Of a DNA stretch of 64,000 nucleotides, positions 1-12,534 are shown in pieces; the first letter of the stretch is position 1, and each line of letters starts with the position of its first letter. This DNA comes from Podarcis liolepis (Eukaryota): the NCBI GenBank assembly GCA_965112155.1, contig OZ218102.1, one strand, 5' to 3'. Both the position numbers and the translations under genes were made by a program. Under the pieces are notes generated by a model that searched no databases, had not been told where the DNA came from, and saw only the letters and a list, made by a program, of their open reading frames with translations.

Positions 1-986
1 CCAGCGCAGCTCTGCCCGGCCACCGGGAGCCGGGGGAGAAGCTCCGCCCCGCTCCCGGTGGCCCTGCAGAGCTGCCTGCGCTCCTGGGACCAGCGCAGCT
101 CTGCGCCCCCATCCCGAGCGGGGCGCTAAGTCCCGCCCCGCTCGGGATGGCGGCAGAGAGCTGCCTGCGTCGCGGGACCGCAGGCAGGTCTCTGCCGCCA
201 TCCCGAGCGGGGCGCTAAGTCCCGCCCCGCTCGGGATGGCGGCAGAGAGCTGCCTGCCGTCGCGGGACCGCAGGCAGGTCTCTGCCGCCATCCCGAGCGG
301 GGCGCTAAGTCCCGCCCCGCTCGGGATGGCGGCAGAGAGCTGCCTGCCGTCGCGGGACCGCAGGCAGGTCTCTGCCGCCATCCCGAGCGGGGCGGGACTT
401 AGCGCCCCGCTCGGGATGGCGGCGTAGACCTGCCTGCGGTCCCGCGACGGCAGGCAGGTCTCTGCCGCCATCCCGAGCGGGGCGCTAAGTCCCGCCCCGC
501 TCGGGATGGCGGCAGAGAGCTGCCTGCCGTCGCGGGACCGCAGGCAGGTCTCTGCCGCCATCCCGAGCGGGGCGCTAAGTCCCGCCCCGCTCGGGATGGC
601 GGCAGAGAGCTGCCTGCCGTCGCGGGACCGCAGGCAGGTCTACGCCACCATCCCGAGCCGCTCGGGATGGCGGCAGAGAGCTGCCTGCCGTCGCGGGACC
701 GCAGGCAGGTCTCAGCCGCCATCCCGAGCGGGGCGCTAAGACCCGCCCCGCTCAGGATGGCGGCACAGAGCTGCTTGCCCTCCCGGGACTGGTGCACTTC
801 TCCCCATCGCCAGCCCCACAAGCTCGGGGGACAGCGGGGAGGCAGAGCGTGCCTTCCCACTGTTCCCCGACCTGGTTCTTCCAGCCCCGCACCTGGGGGG
901 GAAATAAATTTTTTTTTCTTTATTTCCCCCCCCAAAAACTAGGTGCGTCTTATGGGCCGGAGCGTCTTATGGGGCGCAAAATACGG
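1..986. mobile_element. Non-autonomous Tc1/mariner (Tc2/pogo-like) DNA element, right end only, carrying an internal palindromic tandem array
   Basis: Ends in ...GCGTCTTATGGGCCGGAGCGTCTTATGGGGCGCAAAATACGG followed by TA (987-988). The reverse complement CCGTATTTTGCGCCCCATAAGACGC is a Tc2-type terminus. Sharp switch from GC-rich to AT-rich sequence at ~988. The left end is outside the window. Confidence 0.7.
105..790. repeat. ~90-bp GC-rich tandem array of alternating inverted repeats (about 7-8 units)
   Basis: GGGATGGCGGC recurs with its ATG at 147, 236, 326, 416, 506, 596, 667 and 757. Each unit is ATCCCGAGCGGGGCG-ctaagtcc-CGCCCCGCTCGGGAT plus GGCGGCAGAGAGCTGCCTGC-loop-GCAGGCAGGTCTCTGCCGCC. 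Confidence 0.95.
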
Positions 987-1138
987 TAACATTACTACCA
1001 GAATTGGACAAGGCTGAACAAAGCAATGATTGAAAATATATATAATTTTAAATGCAGACGTCATTCATGCTTTAGAATGAAAAGGCTGAGTTTCATAATC
1101 TTTCTGATAATTCAAAACAGGTTAATATCAAGACTAAC

Positions 1139-1196
1139 CTGTTTGGGTGTATCAGCATGCAAGGTGTGAGCAGACATTCTAGTTTTACTATGCCTC
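1139..1196 (-). CDS. FARP2: FARP2 coding exon 11 ((R)RHSKTRMSAHTLHADTPKQ)
   Basis: 58 nt, tttacAG/.../GTTAGT boundaries, phase 2 to 0, matches the post-FA-domain segment of FARP2. Confidence 0.85.
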
Positions 1197-2123
1197 CTGT
1201 AAAGAAAGAATATGCTGTGATACCCTGATCACTTCATTAGCTATATACAGAAGCAAACAGGGGGCCTTCAGTAAGAAGCTATTCCTGAAGCATAACCTAC
1301 TTCATAAGGCTGCTAGGTGTGATAAAGATTAATAGTAATAAATCAACGAGCCTCAGAATTTTGTCATTCATGGATAATTGTATCTGTTAGACACAGTGAC
1401 TGCAAATTATAACTTTAACTAGAGAAAGAGGAAAGCTGCAAAAATGTATTTCCATATTCTGCAAATTTCAGCACAAATATCTAAAATACAAATCCAGGAT
1501 AGGACACATTTTTAACATTCAAAAAAATGCTTAAAATGTTTGTTCATGTGGTCCAGATGCTCAAGATCTGGTACACCTCTCCAAACTCTCAATAGCCAAT
1601 TTTGGGGTGTGCAGGGGGCTGCAGCATGGAAGAAGAATGACCAGAAATCACCTCCCTCCCTGTTCTGCGGACAGATGCTTTTTGTCAGCAGAAGGGAAGC
1701 TCTGGATACCATCCGGTAAGTATAACAATGAACAAATGCAAGATGGTTTACAACATTGGAACAAAAAAAGACTACATGTCTCCAGTTGGCACTATGTGAA
1801 GGAAAGTTAAATTTAAGCCAACATATATTCATGCCATTCAATCAAATCACTTTTCTGAATTTGAAACATGTTAAATGGTTTGTCAATTACAGCTCCTTCC
1901 TACTCAACATAATTCCCAATGTCAAGTATCTAAGCATTTTAATTAATTAAATTTGGAATATAAAAATGTCAAATTCTGAAGCTAACAAAACTCCAGAAAA
2001 TAATAATACTTTAACAGTTTACAATCTCTAGGAAAAAAGGACTTTCGTTATTGTAGACTAGACTAAGGAAGATACAAAATAAGAACATTAAAGACTCTTT
2101 GCTTATATAAAAGAGCTTGTTAC

Positions 2124-2192
2124 CTTTCATATGGGATTTTTTTCAACCCACTTTCTTTAACATAATCCACCAATTGTTTCTGTGTACGCCCA
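2124..2192 (-). CDS. FARP2: FARP2 coding exon 10 (SGRTQKQLVDYVKESGLKKIPYER)
   Basis: 69 nt, AG/GT boundaries, FERM-adjacent motif YSGRTQKQL. Confidence 0.93.
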
Positions 2193-2367
2193 CTGTGAAG
2201 AAATAAATGTGAATGTTACAAAAAAATCTCCAGGAAAAGTACATAAAATTCTGGGCTTCTTGTACACAAGAAATAAAGATCCTAAACCTTTAATTTAAAA
2301 GGAATTACTTCCAAAGTTTTTCTTGGTTCCATTTTCTTGGATCAAAATGAACTGGGTTATATCATAC

Positions 2368-2531
2368 CTGTATCTGAAAGATGACCCTCTGCTGAAAAAG
2401 ACTGCTTTTGACTTTGGTTTTGGCTGATCAAACAGCCTGAAGAAAGTGTGATATTCAACACATATTTTCCAGAAGTTCTTGCACTCATCTCTACTTCCCA
2501 AAAGAAACTCCAGAGTGTCTTGATATGGACC
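2368..2531 (-). CDS. FARP2: FARP2 coding exon 9 ([55 protein letters not shown])
   Basis: 164 nt, AG/GT boundaries, end of FERM-C ([14 protein letters not shown]) and GSSFRYS motif. Confidence 0.95.
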
Positions 2532-3572
2532 CTAGAAATGAAACACAATGGGACTTTATCATGCTACCTCTACTCATTTAAGGTTACAATGAGAAAATAT
2601 TTAATAAAACTTTATTCAACAAAAATAGATGATAGAAGTGAAGAGAAAAACAAAAAATAACAACAAATAATATATATTCAAGACAAGGAGCTTTTGATAA
2701 TAAAGTCAAAAGAAAAAGAAAAAAATCAGGAGTAAATATAATGGATTCGATTATAAAATTATAAATGGGGTAGAAAAACACCACTTACATTGTACAATGA
2801 AGGAAAAGAGAATAAAGAAAAAGGTCTTGCCTGTCTATAGAAGCCACCCAATAAAATCTTATTTCAAAGGGATTTGCAACCCATGTGACTGGGATGTCAA
2901 TAATAATAGTAATTCCTATACCCGCAGGTCTCAGGGAAGTTCACAGGATAATGTCACAATATAAAAACACAGAATACATAATCAAAATAAAAACAAGAAC
3001 AACCCAATAACCTCCCTCCATAAATAACCTCCAGAGGTGAAATCAGAAGGATCAACATCACTCTCAATGGCTTAAATATCCCATCATTTTTTTTTGAGAT
3101 GGCAATGAACGTTAACTTTCTTGAACCAGTTATCTAGGGTACATCATGAAGCATCTTTCCAGCCCTGTGTAATAACTACTCAAGTGGCTACAAATTATAC
3201 AATTAACTGTTTACATATAAGATCCTGATCACCTTTCTCAAAAATAGGCAAAATACATAGTCTAGGGTCCAGGGGCATATTTTTTTAATATCATGGTTCA
3301 ATGTAGGTCTCGAGAACATGCTCTAGACCAGTGGTTCCCAACTTTTACAAGTGTGAGGACCCCTTTTAACCCCCCCCCCACAGATGCCCACATGGGCTCC
3401 TTTGAAAGACAAGTCAGAATTCAGACTTTAATGAAATACGGGTTTTACTAACATGCTTTTATCATAGTGCTATTACCTATGAAGCTTGTATTCAGGCATT
3501 AACAGCATTGAATACTGCATAATTAAGTCATGCTTGAAACTGTAGAAATGACATTATAATGGAAGTACTTAC

Positions 3573-3668
3573 ATGAACTTCTGGATGAAGCTTGATAAGG
3601 AATCGTTTTCTTTTGAAGCTTATTTTTCGGACTTTGGACCAGTTGAAAGTATTGATTTTTGTATTACC
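3573..3668 (-). CDS. FARP2: FARP2 coding exon 8 ([32 protein letters not shown])
   Basis: 96 nt, AG/GTAAG boundaries, FERM-C motif. Confidence 0.95.
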
Positions 3669-4332
3669 CTGTGTTCAATTCAATATAAAATAATTGAGGT
3701 ATATTATACACAGGATTTAAACAGAACATAAGTTATAGACTTATACTGTCAAACCTTTTTTCTATCTAAATCATATCGTCTGGATCAGATAACTGATAAT
3801 TTAAAACAAGACTGTTAAAAGAACCTCTAGTTCTGAAAGCAGCCCTCCCTGACCTTGCTACTCTGGCCTTTGACATTTGAGATATGTCTTTTCAGGATCC
3901 ACACTATTCCTGTGATTGCAACCTGTTTTAACTGTTTTTAATTCTGAAAATTAAATTGTTGTAACCCACCCTAGGACCTGCTGGTGAAAGGTGGGTAACA
4001 GATTTATTACAACTACTACTACATTTGGACTACAACTCCCATCAGCCCAAGCCAGCATAATGAAGGCAATATTACAAACACTCCCATTAGTCTCAAAGAA
4101 GAAGCTGCTGCAATGGTGCCCTACTAATCCCAAAGAGTGCTGCCACAAAGGCATTTGCAAACATCACATTGTCTGTTGGGACTGCAAAGACTGTCATAGC
4201 AAGGATGTAGCCATTCGTTCAGAATCAATTGCTACATGCTCTAAAGCAGGCATATGGGTCTATCCTCTGGGTTTAAAGTCTTCTGTCTGCATAACTACAA
4301 AAAGTTTCTCATGTTAAATATTGCTTTCCTAC

Positions 4333-4480
4333 CTGGAATACCAGTACGCCCATGTTTGATACAGCCAAATTAATTTTTGTTCCCTCACGGTCAGATGCCA
4401 GATGAAATCTCATGCCATACATCTCCAACTTCCGAGCTATTTCAAGCACCTGGAAATCTGATTCAGCTGGAGTTTGGCCC
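4333..4480 (-). CDS. FARP2: FARP2 coding exon 7 ([49 protein letters not shown])
   Basis: 148 nt, AG/GTAGG boundaries, FERM LEMYG motif. Confidence 0.95.
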
Positions 4481-5124
4481 CTGTGTTACCAAAATTGAAA
4501 GTATTATTAATTACTTATAACACTATCCAAAGCTATGAAACAGGAAAAAAGACTAATATAGTTCAACAAGTTTAGTGAGATCATATCCATATTAGTAAGC
4601 AGTCACTAAGCTTCAGAGTTATTCAGGTTTACTGTGCCAGACCAAAAGAGAAAAACCAACTAGCATAAAAATATGTTACAAATGGAAGAACACATGGCAA
4701 TCTAGTTGAAGTCATAATCAAACTCAGAGACATTTAATTATTCTTTAAAACAAATGTATCCTTAATATGCCCTGTATTTCATAATTTTAAATGCAAAATG
4801 CTACGTATTCCATAATTTTGTAAAAGATATGCCAACATCTAATCTCTCTTTGTTTGAAAACATGAGAGCAAGTCAGTAAGCAGGCAAGCCCAATTGGACC
4901 AAACAGCTTTGCAACGTTCAAGACAGATGCACTACAATAGCATCTGTCTTTTTGTATATAGACAACTGGCTCCTGGTGGTTCTCACACCCGCCCATTATC
5001 TGCAGTTGATAGGTGTCAATCCTTAACAGTTGAGCTTAAGTCTGCCTTCTGAATGAGAATGATTGTATTATCCTAGTACAAGGGCAGATCCCCATTATGA
5101 ATTTAAAGAATATCTAACACACAT

Positions 5125-5290
5125 TCAAAGCGCATGATTTCATCCAAAGAATCCTGGGAACTGTAGTTTCCCCCTCACATAGCTACAATTCCCAGCACCT
5201 TTAGCAAACTTTGATTCCCAGGATTCTTTGGGGGACATGATATACTTTAAATGTGCACTGATTGTGTTTTAAATGTATGGTGTGGATGTG
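5125..5290. repeat. Short palindromic MITE-like squamate repeat
   Basis: CCAAAGAATCCTGGGAA ... TTCCCAGGATTCTTTGG inverted arms around CTGTAGTT...CTACAATTCCCAG. Confidence 0.55.
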
Positions 5291-7720
5291 CCACAGTTGT
5301 GTGCAAGTGGTGTTAGGATCCTCTGCAACATGCTAGGTCAATTCACTAACACCTTGGGTAGTAGCAGTCCTGAAAATGCAAAGTCCCCCCAAGCTGTGGT
5401 TCCTCTGCCTGTTTGGGGATCAACAGTCACGGCTGTTACAGATTGCTTGTTGCCTTCTACTCCTCGTATCTCCTCCATCACACAAAAGTGGAGAAGGGGG
5501 CATGTAAGCCACAGGCTCATGCACACAGATTATAGAGATATTTATTACAGATTAAAATGCTCAACATTTCTATGCTATTCTAGTGACCAGAAGAATTCCC
5601 TGAATAAATGTTTGCCTAAAAAAACTGATCAACGTTCTTAAATAACCTTTTCCATGTACAGAAGATACTTTATTTATGAAGTGAGAAAAACCGGTAATTA
5701 TGCCAAGTGATTTACCCTATGCAAGCAAATGTTTACAAGGGTAAAGCACAGTGAGTAATTATCTTCAGATGTTTTCAGTCGACTAAGCCTCACAGACTGG
5801 CCTGAAAACAATCTGGTCTAATTTTGTTATCTGCTAAGCAGATCAATCCGCTTAGCCATCCTACAACCAGTGAACAGCCAATTTACAGAGTTTTCTCAAC
5901 AATAAATATATTCCTGCAGTTGTTTCTAGGATTTTTTGTTTTTTTAAAAAAAGTTCTGACCTTGTATGGACAATAAATATTTCAACGTTATTGCAATATT
6001 TACCAATAAATTAGGGTCAAACTGACATAAATGTGGTAAGATACTGCACAGTACTTTGAAAAGGCCATTAGGCATTGTTAATTGGCCAATTCTGCTGCTT
6101 TTAACTTGAATAACTTTACATTAATTTGTAAACTGCATAAGTGAACAAAGTATAATTACTACATTGGCATTCATAAGGCCCAAGCAAGATTGAAAAACAT
6201 AGTTCCAATCATATACCTGCCAATGGCAGGTGAAATAGTGATGGAGCAGAGAACACTTTTAGAGAATTGGTAGAAGGGTGGGGTAGTTAACCCCTCACAT
6301 GTACACTAATTATATGTTGCAAATGCTGTCTCACTGGGTTACTTTCCCCTTAGTTAGGACTCATTTATGGTTTTGAAACCTAGCCTTGTGGGGGATTTAA
6401 TATCCAGTTTGTAGGAAAGAATCAACACACAGAGAACGCCACACACCTCTGATTGCTCAACCTTTGCATTAGCACTATAAGAGGAACATGAAGTTGGAAG
6501 TCTCCTGTTTACACAGAGAATTTTGCTATGCTGTGTCCACAATAAAATATATTTTATGTTAAGCACAGAGAACAAAATACATTAAATTGCACTGATAATT
6601 GGATTAGGGTTTGTTTTCAATGACCATTATGATAATATGGCAGCCTCATACCCATTGTTTGGGAATTCTAAGAAACAAAAAAATCAGTGCAGTTTTGAAA
6701 CATGTGTTTAAAATCAGTGCTATTTTGAAAGGTTTATTCCACCATCTAGATTCAAAATGATATCCTATTAAAGGAGAAAACATTGAGGAAAACATTATGT
6801 TTAAACCCCATGAAATCGGTTCTTCTTAAATTTCATTTCTATTCAAGAAAGCTTCAAATACCATTGTAAGAATAAAAGAGCAGATTAAATGATTATGTGG
6901 TCAGTTTCAGAGTCACACATCTAATAGACTATACTGTACAATAAGGAAGAGTATTAAATAAATGTAATGATTCTATCCTTCTAAGTCATTCTCTGAGTAG
7001 ACCCACTGAAAATCAATGGACCAACACCAAACTCCTACTTTGAGGGAAAGCTGCCCAGCTTATAGTCTTAACTTACAACTTCTGCTGCAAACCTACTCAG
7101 TGGAGTGAGATATATTTCACCTTTGGGACAAGACTCCACCCTGGAAAGTCTACCTGCCAATCAAGCATATACTGTACTGATTTGCTAGCACTTCCCCTTT
7201 CTGTTTCTGTACTCAAAAGCCCCATGGAGTATGTATTGGACAACCTCGCATTTACATTACTTTTTAAAAATAGAACTTAGAAACAAGGTTTTCAAAAGAA
7301 AAGTGAGGCGAAGACTTCTGTCTTTTCCTTGATTTTGTCACTGTCTAAGCAATCAAAAGAAAGAATTTAAGATGTTTGTTGCACTGAGCATGAACATGGT
7401 CAGAAATGTGGAACCTCTAAAAGCAACATTTTTAAAGATTTGTAGTCCTGACATTTGTCAATGGATTCTTCTCAAATTTGGGCATATTATACCACTCTGC
7501 AAGTAAATTATAAGAGTCGAATTTCATGCCACAGACAAATTTTCTTGCTTTTAGGACCAACAGGTCACCTAGCCAAATTCTCCTTCTAGAATTACTACGA
7601 AGGTATAGGTGAAATAACTTATGGTTAATGAGAGATATAGACAAGCTTATTTTGTTATCAATAACAGCAACAAATAGTGCTATGTTGAATACCAGAAATT
7701 AAACATTCATTTACACTTAC

Positions 7721-7835
7721 ATGTGCTTCCTGTGAAATTCAAGTATTTTTCCTTGCAGTCTTTCTTGGTTTGGAAAGTACCGGTTGTTTTTAAGATGCTC
7801 TCGGTCCCCAGATTCATCAAAATCTCCTAACTCAG
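7721..7835 (-). CDS. FARP2: FARP2 coding exon 6 (SELGDFDESGDREHLKNNRYFPNQERLQGKILEFHRKHM)
   Basis: 115 nt, cacAG/GTAAGT boundaries, phase 1 to 2. Confidence 0.94.
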
Positions 7836-8613
7836 CTGTGATAGAAGAGAAAAATATATTTGAAAGAAAATATTGCTTCACTATTGCAATTGTTCCATAA
7901 AGTTAGCAAATGGATCCTTGAAGGTATCTTCTTCTTACAATAACCATTGGTTCTCAATAGTATATATGGGATGCAAATGACGAGATTTGGTACCCCTTTA
8001 TAAAGTTTTCAAATGATCACCCTGATGACTGGCACCCACCAGATTAACAAAATGGACTTTGGTAAGACCTAATAGACGGATCTGTTTCATGAGGGGAGGG
8101 GTGTCGGGAAAAGGGAAAATTCAATGTTCCTGTGCTATCAGAATCAACATATGTGTGAGTAGTTAAGTTCCCAAGCAGGTTCAACATAGGCACATTTAAC
8201 TTTTTAAAAAAACTAAACTTCTAAAAGCAAGCTGATAAGACAGAAAAGGGGAACATTATTCAGAATGTATGAAGGCTTACTGAAAGCATGATAACAGATA
8301 TTGAAACAGAATGTATGCCTCCTATGTTTCCCCCCTCTTTGTAAATGGTATTTATATCAGATTCAAAAGAGCCCAAGAAAGTCCAAGTAGATGCTTGCAT
8401 GGTTAATGAGCAACACAAGTGCAAATCAATTATGTTAATCAAAAATGGCTTCTGGGAGCAACTATAACAGAAGCAGGAAACTAACCAGGGAAGCTGTTGT
8501 AACTGCTGGATGACAAAGAAGCAAAATAATTACTGATGGAAGGAAACTGTAGAGAAGTTGAATGGATTCTTTGCATCTGTGTGCTCAATATATAAGTGAC
8601 ATTAGATACTAAC

Positions 8614-8711
8614 ACTGCAGAAGGTGAGAGATGAGGAGTGCTGCTGTATTGTCGTTGCAGGTAAGGCGTTCCTCAGCTAGATCTCTCTTGATTTGCAATG
8701 CAAATAGATAC
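8614..8711 (-). CDS. FARP2: FARP2 coding exon 5 ([33 protein letters not shown])
   Basis: 98 nt, tttAG/GTTAGT boundaries, FERM-M. Confidence 0.95.
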
Positions 8712-10179
8712 CTAAAGGGAGGGAAATCAATAGTATCATATTTTGTCCATTTTACTAGCTGTTTAGCAGCAGGAAATGAAAAATGGCCCAGGCAGGAGTA
8801 CTACAGGCCAGTTAGTAGCTGCATATATGCACAATGCTAACATTGAAGGCAATGTCTGAGTGATAACTAAGAGTAGTAATATAGCATTGTCTCCTCCCCC
8901 CTCATACCGCCAGCCTGCTTAGTGACAGGTATTTACTACTACCACATCAGATCACCAGCTGTTGCTAGCCGAGATATATGCTGTCACCAAGCAACTTACA
9001 ACTGCACTACCTCTAAGACTGGCAGGCTTTGTATCAAATGTGGCTAAGACTTGTTCAAATGTGAGGTTCAGCTATAGCTCTTGCTACTGTCACAACCCTC
9101 TCTACCTACTAGCTTCCCTGTGACTGACTCATGTCCTGAAGAACCCCGCCCCCCAAAAGCTTTCTCGTTAAGCAACATATTTAAGTTTTTCAAAGTCTAT
9201 TTTAATAATTTTGTGATGCTATTATTTCTTCAGGTACAATCCTCCACAGAGCATGATAGAACATGCATCCTCACCCATTTCCTATGACTTAGGAGAAACT
9301 ATGAAATAGATACTTTTTCAAATATAGCAACATATCCAGTATACCCTGCAGCCATCAACGGCAGTCATTTAGGAAAGGAGGAGTGCAAACAACAGAAAAC
9401 AGCAGCAAGTAGTTTTAGCAGAAACTCAAAAATCACAGCTGAATAGGAAAACTGACAAGCAAAGAATCACTGATGTAAAGGTATGTAGGTGGGCTGAAGT
9501 AGACAATATAGGAAACACAAATGGCAGAAAAACAGGTATGAAAGGGCTGGAGTTGAGTAGATCTGCAAGAGGAAAACTTCAATGAGACTCATTAAGAACA
9601 AAGGAGACACCATTCATATGTACTTTCAACTCAAAGCATGCACACAAGAGAACACAACCAAATGGCACAGCAGTTGGGAACAGAATGAGAAATATCAGAT
9701 AAACAATCCTGAAATTCATAACACCCAAAGGCAACTAACAGAAATATGACTTGCTACCTTGAAGAACCAGTCCCATAATTTGTAAACTACCATAGCAGTG
9801 TAATCTTATAAATGTTTATTCAGAAGTAGTCCTGTTGTGTTGAATGGGCTTTCCTCCCATGTAAATATGCACAGGTCAGGATAACAGCCTGAAACCACTG
9901 CACCAAGCAGCCAAACAAGTTCTTTATCTCTTGAGACAATTTTTAAACATGGACATTTTGAACACATCCTTGGCAAGTATATCCTCTTTGCACACAGCTG
10001 AAGCAGCATCACTGCCACTTGATTAGATCAGGTAAAACTTGCTGTCATTCAAGGCTACACACACATACCAACTCTGACAGTGAATTCACAGGTCTTTTGA
10101 GTTTAAAGATAATTCATTAATCCTTCTTTCCTATTTCCATTGTAAATTATTGTGGAATTAATAGTGCCACATTGTTTAC

Positions 10180-10258
10180 CTGGTGTACTCCTCTTGCAGC
10201 TGACCAGGGTCAGGAGGAAAGAACTTTACTGCTAGACGAAGCAATGCATTCTTTGGTC
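10180..10258 (-). CDS. FARP2: FARP2 coding exon 4 (RPKNALLRLAVKFFPPDPGQLQEEYTR)
   Basis: 79 nt, AG/GT boundaries, VKFFPPDP motif. Confidence 0.95.
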
Positions 10259-11514
10259 CTAAAATAAAACCAATGCATTCTATTAACTTTTACCTTTATA
10301 GTTGAAACATTGAATTTGAATACCAATTGTCAGCTCTCAAAAGTGAGGTAATAGGAATTAGGCATTTATTGAATGGATCACAAACATTTCAACTTAAATA
10401 CAGTAACCGAACCAACCAAGTATACCAACATAATTCTGAAACATGGTTGTAATATGCACCCTAAGCAAGTGATCTGAAATACAGGAGAGGAACCTATACT
10501 AGCTAAAGTGTCAGTGGTAGGTAGCTGTTGAAAACTACTAAATGGTGGAAGGAAAGGGGTTAAAGGGATTATGGCAAAACTGGGAGCAAAAATAATACAA
10601 GAACATCAAAGAACAGTAAAATGGGCTGAATGAATGTGGGAAGTTAGCATAATCAAAAACTGAAATAGGACCTCATGAAGCTCCTAAAGTGATCCAAATT
10701 CTAAGGAAATTGCACCCAGAAAACAAATGTTGATCTGTGGAACAGTGGAACAGGTGCATTCTCTGCTAATTAAAGCATTTTAAAATGTTTTGTTTACTTT
10801 TGTTGTATTTTTATTTTTGATACAAGTCATTTTATTATTCAAACAGAAAAGCAGGATAAAACTAATTAACAAAACCTTCTAAAAACAAAGCATTTGAATT
10901 GCTGAATGAGCCAGTGGGAATGTAATTTTGTAAAGTTGCTTTAAAAAAACTTCATTTTGTGTTTTCCATATGAATGTTCTCCAATTCCATTGATTAAGTG
11001 AACCTGTGTGTCATGCAAAACAGATTATCTTCATTTGCTTCAAATCTCTAGAACGGTCTTCCCCAACATAGTGTCCTTCATATGTCTTGGACTAAAATTC
11101 CTATCATCTTCACCATTGACCATGATAGCTGGGAATGATGTGAGCTGTAGCCCAAAACGTCTTGAGGGTACCAGGATGCGGAAAGTCAGGCAATCAAATT
11201 CCGGCTTAATAAAGTAGCATAGGCATGAGCTGCATGCACCTTACCACAGTTAAAAGTATGCTCCGAAATCCTGGCTTATTTGGAGACATGAACCATAGTT
11301 CTCAGTTCAGACTTAACAGGAAGCTATAGTTAACTCTGGCTTACTGGATGGTTTCACTGCTTGCACAAAGAGGCAGCAAAGGGGCTGCATGTGGGTGCAC
11401 ACAGCTCATAGATATCCTGCCTTAATCTTCCAAATGAAGCCATGTTAAGAATAGCACCAAAAAGTTGCTAGAATTCTAGAAAGAAACACTAATAGAAATA
11501 GTATATATACTTAC

Positions 11515-11557
11515 TTCGTATTTGTTTAATTATAGGTTTCATAGGCTCAAGCCAAAT
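11515..11557 (-). CDS. FARP2: FARP2 coding exon 3 (IWLEPMKPIIKQIR)
   Basis: 43 nt, cAG/GTAAGT boundaries, FERM-N WLE motif. Confidence 0.93.
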
Positions 11558-12534
11558 CTGAACAAGGAAAAAAGGGCTTAGGTGAATAATTAAGCAAACA
11601 CTGCAGCAGTAAATAAAACCACACAGCTAAAATAATTCTAGCACCTGTAAACCAATACTTCCCTACACCCCCATTTCAGTTAAACAAATGTTTTAGCTAA
11701 AGGAATAAACCTCAAAATGTCTATACATAGACAGTGAAAAATATAGTGGAAAAGGTAGCAGAAGGAAAAGCATTTCCTGAAGCGAATGAAAGAAAAGCAC
11801 TGAGTTCTAGTTATGGCAGAGCACCTTTTGGAAGGATCACAGGAAAATTCATTTACACTAATGCTTGTGCAACAGAGTCCCTTGCCCAAGAAACTTATGG
11901 CAACTCTTTCTGGAGGTTTCAGTGAGGAGACTGAATGAAATCTGCCCAAAATAATAAAGCTAGAGGGCAAAGATTAGAATGAATGACTTGAAATTCCTTT
12001 CAACTATATGAATGCATTTATTCATGCAAACTTCAAAAATAACATCAAAGATATATTTTTTATCCACTGAGGAAAAAACAGTTTTTTGCAAAAGGTCTAG
12101 ATAGAACTCAACAACTAAATATGCAAATTCTACCATCAAATGAAGTACATCAGGCAAGTGTTGTTTGAGTACATTGAATGTCTAGATCAATTCAATCAGG
12201 GTTCAGGCCTGATTTCATGATTGAATCAGTCTTTGTCACCCTCAAAAGAGGGACAGCGAAAATGCAACCCTGTTACGATTACTTGATCTCTCAGTGGTTT
12301 TTGACCCCACTGACCATATCTTCCTACATCAACTGTTCAGGATCAGTATAGGAGGCAATGTATTACAGCAGCACTGTTCCTACCTGTGTGGGTGAGTTCA
12401 GAGTGTAACAGTGGGACAACACTGTTCTATGGCCTCCTGCACTTGTGTTATGTGATTCTGCAAGGCACAATTTGGTTCCCAGTGCTATTTAACATCTACA
12501 TCTACTACTACTCCTTAACATCATGATTAGGAAA

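Noticed and set aside
105-790. CRISPR-like repeat/spacer appearance
   Set aside because: The 'spacers' are identical loops, the context is a eukaryotic intron, and there are no cas genes.
236-942. Repetitive ORFs on both strands (MAAESCLPSRDRRQ...)
   Set aside because: By-product of a GC-rich 90-bp (multiple of 3) palindromic array inside a transposon. No known protein signature.
3951-4317. 108-aa Cys-rich intronic ORF or possible intronic small RNA
   Set aside because: Non-ATG start, no recognisable domain, and no convincing snoRNA boxes or hairpin that I could support.
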